Source: Candidatus Omnitrophota bacterium | GTDB lineage: Bacteria > Omnitrophota > Gorgyraeia > Zapsychrales > JBDRMG01 | Assembly (NCBI GenBank): GCA_043812495.1 | Contig: JBDRMG010000022.1 | Span: forward strand, 1 to 45,061 | DNA: 45,061 nucleotides | Direction: 5' to 3' | In this document: piece after piece, positions 9,825 to 17,192 of the stretch | Layout of the letters: every line of letters starts with the position of its first letter | Position numbering within the stretch: position 1 is the stretch's first letter | Notes under the pieces: model-generated | Told to the model about the DNA's origin: nothing | Seen by the model: only the letters and a program-made list of their open reading frames with translations | The model's database searches: none | Made by a program: the position numbers and the translations under genes

Positions 9825-10142
9825 TTAATATCCCTCGGCTTGGCTCGCGCCAACCCTGGTCTCCACCCCGTGCATGGTATCAATGCGGTTGGTCCAATAT
9901 CCCTCGGCCTCCTCGACCGTTTTGATATCGGTCACGGCTTCCGCCTGATAGCGATGAATCACATTGGTGGTCATGACCGTCGGATCATATTGAGACCCGA
10001 ATTGATCCACGGCATCCTTCCATCGACCCTGAATGCCGCGCTTAATATACATTTGTATGGCCACAAAAGCGCCAATAACAATAATCACCAGCATGGCTAA
10101 TTCGACGGTTGATTGACCTTTTTTGATTTTCCTAAAAAACAT
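9825..10142 (-). CDS. Minor pilin-like protein
   Basis: KKGQSTVELAMLVIIVIGAFVAIQMYIKRGIQGRWK...QYDP. Confidence 0.85.
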   Translation of the reverse strand: MFFRKIKKGQSTVELAMLVIIVIGAFVAIQMYIKRGIQGRWKDAVDQFGSQYDPTVMTTNVIHRYQAEAVTDIKTVEEAEGYWTNRIDTMHGVETRVGASQAEGY

Positions 10143-10185
10143 TGCGCAACCCTTCTTTCATGATCTTTGAATACCCTCGAGCCCT

Positions 10186-10605
10186 TTAATCTTCTGTATT
10201 CGTAAAGCCCATATTTGTTCTGCTTGTTGAATCCGTTTCTATAAGATCCTTATAAACTTCTCCGGCAATTCCGCCGGGGACTTCCCGAATTTGCGTTTCC
10301 TGGCTTATTTGCGTTTCTGTCCTGGCCTCTTCGAGGAAACCCTCGCCTTCCTGGACGTCCTGCTCGGCTTCCTGCTGAACCGCCAATTGATCCGCCGTCA
10401 TCTTGACAACAGCCTGGATGCCCCGCTTAAAAAGAGGGGACATCACCCCCAGGGCCGCCGCGATGATACCCACAAGAAGTAAATACTCTAGTAGTGTTTG
10501 GCCTGTGCCGGAAAACGGATCAAAAAATGTGACTTGGATCCGGCCCTTAGTCCGCTTCCCGGGGAGAAGCCTGGATGCTTTCACTGTTGATCTCTGTTCT
10601 TTCAT
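10186..10605 (-). CDS. Minor pilin-like protein (start uncertain)
   Basis: GQTLLEYLLLVGIIAAALGVMSPLFKRGIQA. The nearest in-frame ATG is 10605, overlapping the upstream gene by 59 nt. The longer 10818 start overlaps it too far. Confidence 0.7.
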   Translation of the reverse strand: MKEQRSTVKASRLLPGKRTKGRIQVTFFDPFSGTGQTLLEYLLLVGIIAAALGVMSPLFKRGIQAVVKMTADQLAVQQEAEQDVQEGEGFLEEARTETQISQETQIREVPGGIAGEVYKDLIETDSTSRTNMGFTNTED

Positions 10606-10912
10606 TGATTTCCCTTGTTCCGACAAACCATCCTTCGAAAATATTTTTTTCGCTATAATCTCGCGTGAGCTTTTGGGTCGTGTCCCGATAGTAAGGCTCA
10701 TACATATGGACAAAGTTACCAGCGGCGCCCGACTGCGCGTGCACGGTTTCCAGTTCCTGAAAGGTCCATTCGTGGGCATCGCGCATGCGCGCCTGGATTG
10801 TCCTTTTGACCAGGACACTCATAGTAATGGCCACAGCCGCCACCAAGGCCACAACGGCCGCGTATTCGGTGAAAATTTGGGCTTTATTGTTTTTTCTTCT
10901 ATGAATTATCAT
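10547..10912 (-). CDS. Minor pilin-like protein
   Basis: RRKNNKAQIFTEYAAVVALVAAVAITMSVLVKRTIQARMR...YEPYY. Confidence 0.82.
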   Translation of the reverse strand: MIIHRRKNNKAQIFTEYAAVVALVAAVAITMSVLVKRTIQARMRDAHEWTFQELETVHAQSGAAGNFVHMYEPYYRDTTQKLTRDYSEKNIFEGWFVGTREINERTEINSESIQASPREAD

Positions 10913-10942
10913 AAATCTATTATAAAGGTTGTGTCAATAAAT

Positions 10943-11434
10943 ATGATTACACGGATTCATCCAGATTACACAGATTATTTTTATTATTTATAAACATTAA
11001 ATTAATTCATAAACCTCTTTATCAAACAGCTTTTATTTCCAAAATTAATAATTAATCCGACTTTCAATCCAGATATTTTAAGATACGAAAGTATCTGATA
11101 TTTAAAGACTTCCGGCATATTACCTGTCAAGGCTTTCAATTCAATAATCACTTGGTTTTCAACAATCAAATCCAATCTCAGCGATCCAACTTTCTTATTC
11201 TGAAAATAAACATCAAATTCTTTTTCTGTTTCGTGTTTTAAGTTCTCTTCTCTTAAAGCCAGCACAAGAGCCCGCTGGTATATTTTCTCGCTAAAACCAG
11301 GACCTAGCTCATTATGGACTTTGAAACAACAAGCAATGATGCGTTCTGTTAACGGATCTTTATTCTCCATTTATTCGTTCAATAAATGATTGAATTTACA
11401 TCTGTGTAATCTGCTTTTTAATCTGTGCAATCAT
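10943..11434. repeat. Inverted repeats (GATTACACAGAT units) flanking the GxxExxY gene
   Basis: 10943-10975 atgattacacggattcatccagattacacagat versus the reverse complement of 11400-11434, atgattgcacagattaaaaagcagattacacagat. Confidence 0.85.
11002..11370 (-). CDS. GxxExxY protein (PD-(D/E)XK-like fold)
   Basis: VHNELGPGFSEKIYQRAL, RLDLIVENQVIIELKA, QILSYLK and GLIINFG. Confidence 0.92.
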   Translation of the reverse strand: MENKDPLTERIIACCFKVHNELGPGFSEKIYQRALVLALREENLKHETEKEFDVYFQNKKVGSLRLDLIVENQVIIELKALTGNMPEVFKYQILSYLKISGLKVGLIINFGNKSCLIKRFMN

Positions 11435-11440
11435 TCCCCA

Positions 11441-11488
11441 ACAAAACTGGCTTACCCAGGGCCTTTGTCTTTCCCCAGGTAAGCCAGT
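11441..11488 (-). terminator. Stem-loop after the promoter-proximal pilin genes (partial terminator or mRNA stabiliser)
   Basis: IR actggcttacc (11446-11456) / ggtaagccagt (11478-11488), followed by TTTTGT on the minus strand. Confidence 0.6.
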
Positions 11489-11520
11489 CGTGTTTCTTGC
11501 TATTTGGAATCGTCCAAGTA

Positions 11521-11847
11521 TTACTTGGCACCCCAATACTCTGCAGTCATGTTAAGAACTGTCATGTTCGAGATCAAGGTGGTTTTTTCAGGAGCACGCA
11601 AGTTGCTCGCCTGTTCACCCGCTGTGTAGGTTTCCGTTGAATTGCTCGATGTGTGCATGTAGGTATAAGCGTTTGTGCGTCCTGGGGAGAATTGGTCACC
11701 GATGTCATCGGCTGCGGATTTGAGCCGCCCCTGCACGCCTCTTTTGATGTAGACCTGTATGGACAACAAAGCGCCGATAATGATAATGATCAAAACAGCG
11801 TACTCAACCGTGCTTTGTGCTTTTTTCTTTCGTAATAGTTTTAACAT
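11521..11847 (-). CDS. Pilin-like protein
   Basis: RKKKAQSTVEYAVLIIIIIGALLSIQVYIKRGVQGRLK...QFSP. GAGGAGGTG RBS. Confidence 0.87.
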   Translation of the reverse strand: MLKLLRKKKAQSTVEYAVLIIIIIGALLSIQVYIKRGVQGRLKSAADDIGDQFSPGRTNAYTYMHTSSNSTETYTAGEQASNLRAPEKTTLISNMTVLNMTAEYWGAK

Positions 11848-11886
11848 AGTTTATTGTCACCTCCTCAAAGTGATTAAGTATGCCTA

Positions 11887-12264
11887 TTATGGAGCCGTGT
11901 ATGTGTACCCTGTTCCGATCTCTCCACCTTCCGCGTTATACGCCGATTTCTGAAATGCTCCGGTACCTCGCGTAATGGTCGCCGTGCTGATTGTTCTTGA
12001 GCTCGTCTCGGTATATTCCGTGCTCTGCGTTTGGTCGCGATCAATATTGCCCGCGCTTGTCAGATAATAAGGTTCATATTGAATCGTGTTGCCTAGCGCG
12101 CCCGTGTTGGAAACCATATACTCTGAGGCGCCTTTGATTCTCGCCTGCAGGGCCCTTTTGGCAAATGTCTGCATGGCAATGACAGCCGCGACAACAAGCG
12201 CGATCAAAATCGCGTATTCGGCTGTGCTTTGCCCTTTGATTCGTTTTCTTAATTTTCTTAGCAT
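11887..12264 (-). CDS. Pilin-like protein
   Basis: KGQSTAEYAILIALVVAAVIAMQTFAKRALQAR. AGGAGGTG RBS precedes the ATG at 12264. Confidence 0.87.
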   Translation of the reverse strand: MLRKLRKRIKGQSTAEYAILIALVVAAVIAMQTFAKRALQARIKGASEYMVSNTGALGNTIQYEPYYLTSAGNIDRDQTQSTEYTETSSRTISTATITRGTGAFQKSAYNAEGGEIGTGYTYTAP

Positions 12265-12316
12265 TGATTTCACCTCCTAAGTGAATGACAAACTCTTATA
12301 CGCTATTGTTGATCGG

Positions 12317-12502
12317 CTAAGGCCTTGAATCTCTCAATCGTGTGGCCATATTCGTCATGCCGTCGGTGGCCTGATTGAGCGTTGTTTCCAGGGCCGTTGA
12401 AAAGAACCCCTTGTTGCCGGCCACAGCCAATAACACAACAATAACGCCCGTAACAAGAATGATGTACTCGAGTGTACTTTGTCCTTTTTTGTTTCTTAAC
12501 AT
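12317..12502 (-). CDS. Flp-like short pilin (candidate major pilin)
   Basis: MLRNKKGQSTLEYIILVTGVIVVLLAVAG, 61 aa. AGGAGGTG RBS. Confidence 0.87.
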   Translation of the reverse strand: MLRNKKGQSTLEYIILVTGVIVVLLAVAGNKGFFSTALETTLNQATDGMTNMATRLRDSRP

Positions 12503-12560
12503 ATTTTCACCTCCTAAGAAGAATCTCCCCTTGCCTCTATAAAAGAGGAAGGCTTAATTT

Positions 12561-12725
12561 CTAGTTACCCGTGAACTCCTCTTCTATCATTGTCTGGGTT
12601 GCCTGAACAGACCGATACACATAGGTAGACATAGCGATAATCGCAGCGGAAACCAAAGCAATGACCATGGCATATTCGATTAAGTTTTGACCTTTATGAT
12701 TACTCATGATTCTTTGCCTCATCAT
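12561..12725 (-). CDS. Flp-like short pilin, 54 aa (absent from the ORF track)
   Basis: Hand translation MMRQRIMSNHKGQNLIEYAMVIALVSAAIIAMSTYVYRSVQATQTMIEEEFTGN*. AGGAGG RBS upstream. The start may be 12722. Confidence 0.85.
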   Translation of the reverse strand: MMRQRIMSNHKGQNLIEYAMVIALVSAAIIAMSTYVYRSVQATQTMIEEEFTGN

Positions 12726-12805
12726 TGCCTCCTATGCGTAACAACAAGGATAGCTGCCCTTAGCGGCCCCCAACCTGGGCTTGGAGCTCGAAGAAGGGCG
12801 ATCTA

Positions 12806-12845
12806 TAAAAAACCCCCCATTCAGTCGCCTGAACGCGGGATGGAA
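12806..12845 (-). terminator. Terminator-like hairpin inside the pilin operon leader
   Basis: Minus strand reads ccatcccgcgttcag-gcga-ctgaatgggggg followed by TTTTTT. Confidence 0.55.
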
Positions 12846-13024
12846 GTCTTGCTTGACGGATTTGGGGCATAAAAATATCCCCATAACAAATTGCTTGGGG
12901 ATGAAAAAGCCCAAAATTTTTTTTAAATAATATGCTCTGTGTGTGTTTTTATATGGTCTCACTATTTCTCCGTGGCCAGAAATAATGTAATAGATTTAAA
13001 TATCTTACATAGTAAGGCAGTTCA

Positions 13025-13053
13025 AATATAACATAAGGCTTGTTCAATGTCAA
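13025..13053 (-). promoter_or_regulatory. Sigma70-type promoter for the pilin operon
   Basis: TTGACA-17 bp-TATATT with an extended -10 TG. Confidence 0.7.
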
Positions 13054-13101
13054 GTGAGGGGGGATAAATGTTGAAAGCGTTCTCAAAGTGAAAAACATAG
13101 T

Positions 13102-15963
13102 TTATAAGTCCTTGTATTTTGAATCAAGGCGTACAATAAGCTTTTGGCAGTTAAAATTCTTTATGCCGCTTTCATTGAGCCGCCTGAGCGAATATTCCAA
13201 ATCCTGCATGTAAGGGTAATGCTGGGGCAAATCCAATTTTACGATGAGAAGGCCGTCTTTTCTCTCTACAAAGCCGGATAACCCATAGAAGCGCTCTTTT
13301 ATGGTCATAAAGTCGAGTTTTTCATAATGAGGGGGGAAATAGTGCCTTTGGCAATAGCTATTCAAGCCGGAGAGCAAAAACTCGATATTTGTCCAAAAGT
13401 CAATCTTTCCATCCAGGAGATTGTAATGCCCCTCCTCCTTGAGAAGCGATACATTGCTGTGGGAAGGGATCATGGTCACTGCCCCATAGGTTGCTTTTTC
13501 TGTTTTCATGCTGAAATCATCATAACTTTCTTTTAGATTTGGCCATTTTAACAAATAGGCTGAGATTATATCCACAATGGACATTTCCTGATCGAATATG
13601 TTTGTAATTATTGCAATTTCTGGCCAATCTAAGCCTTTTTCTCTTATAAGAGCAACTCTTACATTTATTTTTTGTCCAATCATGGGAATATCCAGTTGGG
13701 TTTTCAAATAACTGTAATAGATCTCTCTACCAAGTCCTTCATGATAAAAACTGTCAATAGAGCGAATATCCTGCTCTATAAAGTTCTTGCATTCGGCTTG
13801 CCATGGCCATGCTCCAATAATAAACTGACGCTTTTTCTGGGGAATGGAAGAAAATTTCGCAATTTCTTCTTTATTGCCGTCAAAAATGCTGATCTTTGTG
13901 ATTTTCTTTCCTGTGACATTATTAAAGGCAGCGGCAAGGTCAAAAAATTGCCTCGAAAAGTTCTTCATTCCCGGGACACTGAGAATAATGAGAGGCTGAA
14001 CATTGCTTATGAAGTTCTCCGAAAGAATAGACAATGTCTTATTCAAAGCTGATGGGAACACAGGCTGCACATTATCCTCAAACCAAATTGACTTTAATTG
14101 CGTATCGATGCATAGAGCCGTGCTATCCTCAAGGCTTAACTTGACGTAGCTGATCTCTGAGAATATTTGTGAATATTCATTCGACATGGCAATGGGCAGA
14201 TTCTTGGCCGCATGTCCTGCTTCAATGGCTCTCTTTAGTAATTTTTCGCTTAAATCCTGCTCAATGCCGTTAAGCTTCCATAGTCCTTTTTGATGATATT
14301 CTTTCAAGTCCTCGATTTTCTCAATACCAAAGGCCCGAAAATAAAGAAATACTTCGCTCGCCATGCTCATTTCAGCAAGCGGCAGATTAGTGTATTTGCT
14401 TAATAATCCCCCCAAAATTGAGGAGTGCGCAAGCTCCCATTCCGCGGCTTTCAAAAAGAAACAGCCCATGCCGTCGTAAAGCACTTTCTCTTCTTGAGGG
14501 ATGACTTGAGGGATGAGGGGATCCGAGAGTCTTATTTTCATAACTTCTTGCGGCTGTTGTGGTTCAGCTTGTTCTTTAGTTAGCTCTTCCGGAGAAATGA
14601 GCTCTTCTTTTTGTTTTTGTACGGCTTGGTCTTCTTGGCTTTCTTTGACTTGTGGTTCCGCAATAGGTTCTTTAGATTCAAAGATGATCTTTTGGGGTTC
14701 TTCTTTAACAGGGACTTCTTCCATGGGTTCTTCTTGTTCAGCTTCTTTTGGTTCAGGCGGTGGTTCTATTTCTTTTTGCTTCTGTTCTTTAAGGAAATCC
14801 GGCGGCTCCTTCGGAGCCTCTTCTTTTGGTATTTGTTCTTTCGCCGGCGCTTGCTCGATTAATTCGAGAGGCTTTTCTCGCGCAGGTTCCTCTTGCTCAG
14901 GCTGCGCTTCTTTGAGAACTTCTTCTTGTTGAACTTTCTCTTGTATGGTGTCTTGCGGAATCTGTTCTAGCGGATCCGGCAAAAGCGATGGTCTTTCTTC
15001 CTCGCTCATTTTTTCATCTAGGCTCTCCTTCTCTGATTCTGCAATCGCTTCCTGCTGAATCTCTTCTTCCTGTTCAGGCTGATCTTTGGCTATGTCTCTT
15101 TTGAATTCTTCTTGCTTCAGCTTTATGATTTCTTCTTCTTTTGAAAAAGGGTCTTCAAATATTGATTCTTCTTGAGGCTTAATTTCTTGGGGTTCCGTTT
15201 GAGGTTCTATTGTTGGTTTCTCGCTAATATCTTGCTCCTTAGGAATAGCCTCAATTTCTTCTTCTTGTTCTTCCTGCTCAACCGGAGTGGGTCCTTGAGC
15301 TTCTTCCGGAATGGATCCCTGGGCTTCTTCGATGACTGGTTCTTTTCTTTCTTCCGGCTCCCTCTCCTCCGGCTCTCCAGCCTGGGTTGCTTCCTCCGAC
15401 CCTCTCGCATTAGCTGTTTCTTCTTTTTCTTCATCCAGTTTTGACAATATTTCTTCCTTGCCAACAAACATTTCTTTCTCTTTAACCTCTTCTTCTTGGA
15501 CTAGTTTTGTCTCTTCTTCAGGAATCCCTGGGAGAATGATGGGTTCCTGATTATTGAGCTCCTGAGTGGACATTTCTTCAATAATAGATTCACATAGGGG
15601 TAATTCTATTGCCTCGGGTTCCTGTTTTAATTCTTCTATAGAGAGATCAACTTTGACCTGCGGAGGGTGAGATTCATCCTTGTAATCGATCAGAAGGTCT
15701 TTATTCTCTTCCAATAACTGTTCCTTCTTATGGTTGGGAATGGTAAATTTTGGCGTTTTTCTGCCTTTTTTTGGCCGGCGGCCAACAGGGCTGCTAAGAT
15801 TCTCTTCTTTAATAACAGCGTTAACAGAAGATTTCGAAACCTTAATAAAGAACTTGTCTTGAATAAGCTCGGCTAGTTTCCTGCAGCTAAGCTGAGGGTT
15901 TGCCTGTTTTTGCTCAGTAATAAAGTCAACAACTTCTTTCTTAAGCTTATGGATGACGCCCAC
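13102..15963 (-). CDS. Hypothetical protein: N-terminal HTH, long Glu/Pro/Gln-rich linker, transposase-like C-terminal domain
   Basis: LSCRKLAELIQDKFFIKVSKSSVNAVIK is HTH-like. About 400 aa of acidic low complexity. AIITNI...IISAYLLKWPNLKE resembles the DDE transposase 'ITN..Y..RW.IE' motif. Confidence 0.6.
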   Translation of the reverse strand: MGVIHKLKKEVVDFITEQKQANPQLSCRKLAELIQDKFFIKVSKSSVNAVIKEENLSSPVGRRPKKGRKTPKFTIPNHKKEQLLEENKDLLIDYKDESHPPQVKVDLSIEELKQEPEAIELPLCESIIEEMSTQELNNQEPIILPGIPEEETKLVQEEEVKEKEMFVGKEEILSKLDEEKEETANARGSEEATQAGEPEEREPEERKEPVIEEAQGSIPEEAQGPTPVEQEEQEEEIEAIPKEQDISEKPTIEPQTEPQEIKPQEESIFEDPFSKEEEIIKLKQEEFKRDIAKDQPEQEEEIQQEAIAESEKESLDEKMSEEERPSLLPDPLEQIPQDTIQEKVQQEEVLKEAQPEQEEPAREKPLELIEQAPAKEQIPKEEAPKEPPDFLKEQKQKEIEPPPEPKEAEQEEPMEEVPVKEEPQKIIFESKEPIAEPQVKESQEDQAVQKQKEELISPEELTKEQAEPQQPQEVMKIRLSDPLIPQVIPQEEKVLYDGMGCFFLKAAEWELAHSSILGGLLSKYTNLPLAEMSMASEVFLYFRAFGIEKIEDLKEYHQKGLWKLNGIEQDLSEKLLKRAIEAGHAAKNLPIAMSNEYSQIFSEISYVKLSLEDSTALCIDTQLKSIWFEDNVQPVFPSALNKTLSILSENFISNVQPLIILSVPGMKNFSRQFFDLAAAFNNVTGKKITKISIFDGNKEEIAKFSSIPQKKRQFIIGAWPWQAECKNFIEQDIRSIDSFYHEGLGREIYYSYLKTQLDIPMIGQKINVRVALIREKGLDWPEIAIITNIFDQEMSIVDIISAYLLKWPNLKESYDDFSMKTEKATYGAVTMIPSHSNVSLLKEEGHYNLLDGKIDFWTNIEFLLSGLNSYCQRHYFPPHYEKLDFMTIKERFYGLSGFVERKDGLLIVKLDLPQHYPYMQDLEYSLRRLNESGIKNFNCQKLIVRLDSKYKDL

Positions 15964-16010
15964 AGGAGCAAATCCTCTACAGTAGTAGGGTGTTATGCGG
16001 ATTCTTCTTT

Positions 16011-16253
16011 GGCCATTCTTATTCAGATTGAGAAAATCTCATAACTTTAAGAAAGTCAGATAGATAATAAAGAGATCGAATGGCCCTTTTTTATCAGTAT
16101 ATCATTCGATAATGTCCAGTCAAGAGTTTTGTCTGCGGAATTGTTTTTTTGTCCAACTTCTTCTTTTTGAAATCGGGCCATTCTTATTTGGATTGATAAA
16201 TATCTCTTAACTTAAAGCAAGGCAAATAGATGATGAAAAAGATTGAATGGCCC
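16011..16253. repeat. Two ~77-bp imperfect direct repeats, each bounded by GGCCATTC...GAATGGCC
   Basis: 16011-16086 and 16176-16253 align end to end. Confidence 0.85.
16096..16123 (-). promoter_or_regulatory. Putative sigma70 promoter for the 953-aa gene
   Basis: TTGACT-16 bp-TATACT, lying between the two repeats. Confidence 0.5.
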
Positions 16254-16334
16254 GGGTTCTTTCATTCAACCTAAATAAGAAAGAACCTTAAAATCTATTG
16301 GAAAAACCTCTTTTGTTCCAGTACAATAATATCC

Positions 16335-16565
16335 ATGCATAAGTGTCCCTATTGTTTTGAAGAAATCGAGAAAGATGCGAATCGCTGCCCCTATTGCACG
16401 CAATTCCTGATTGATCGACCTGTTGAATCGGATTATAAAAGCATCGATAAAAAAATATGCGTTTTTTGCGGAAAGAAAATTATTAAGGAATCTAGGATCT
16501 GTAAATATTGCCGGAAATGGCTAGATCAGCTGCAGCAGGATCTTGATGATTTGGAAGGAATGTAA
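16335..16565 (+). CDS. Double zinc-ribbon protein
   Basis: Four CxxC motifs: CPYC, CPYC, CVFC, CKYC. Confidence 0.8.
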   Translation: MHKCPYCFEEIEKDANRCPYCTQFLIDRPVESDYKSIDKKICVFCGKKIIKESRICKYCRKWLDQLQQDLDDLEGM

Positions 16566-16569
16566 CAAG

Positions 16570-16805
16570 AAATCCAAAACACTAAACTCTAAATTCTAAA
16601 CAAATCCAAAATAAAAAACTCAAAATCAAAAACGTTTTGAGTTTTTTATTTTGGAGCTTATTAAGAAAAACGTCAAATGTCAAAATCCCAATAACAAATA
16701 AATTTCCAAGCTCCAATGCCCAACGGAAAACCATTGGATATTTGAGATTTGGCATTTATTTGGCATTTGTCATTCCTGCTGGCAGGCAGGTGCCATTTGA
16801 AATTT
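16570..16805. repeat. Two ORF-less periodic inverted-repeat elements, one with a nested CCTGCTGGCAGGCAGG palindrome
   Basis: Perfect 21-bp IR at 16605-16625 / 16635-16655. Second imperfect IR at 16668-16723 / 16734-16805. Same ~7-nt unit style as the arms at 7792 and 8208. Confidence 0.7.
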
Positions 16806-16839
16806 TAATGAAATATCTCTAATTCTTGAAGTTTAAAAT

Positions 16840-17187
16840 TCATGGCTCTTCGATTTTTATCAAATCCCCAATCTCCGTTTTTGAAGATTCAATTGTTCCA
16901 ATGGGACATTCAATCACGCAGCTCGCTTTCCAAAAGATGGGACTCACCCGAAAAGGCCGGATATTTCTGACACATCCGACGACACAATCTTTTCCGTCGA
17001 TGAAGATCGCGTCAATCGCAAATCGCATAAAAAACATATGGATGCTATTGCAGTTTTTGATCACGAGAGCTTCATTGCCTTTAAGCTCTCTGCGGCCCAA
17101 AAGCCCCTTGAGGCGTGAAGACCAAGATGCGGCAATCTGCGCCTCGTCGGCAATTACGCAGCCCTTGGTTGCATTAAAGATCTTCAT
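16840..17187 (-). CDS. DUF192 family protein
   Basis: SRLKGLLGR...NSIHMFFMRFAIDAIFID...VIE. Confidence 0.88.
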   Translation of the reverse strand: MKIFNATKGCVIADEAQIAASWSSRLKGLLGRRELKGNEALVIKNCNSIHMFFMRFAIDAIFIDGKDCVVGCVRNIRPFRVSPIFWKASCVIECPIGTIESSKTEIGDLIKIEEP

Positions 17188-17192
17188 AAGGA

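Noticed and set aside
12732..12962. 76-aa ORF in the pilin leader as a leader peptide
   Set aside because: It runs through hairpins and has no family resemblance or regulatory codon run. It cannot be supported from sequence alone.
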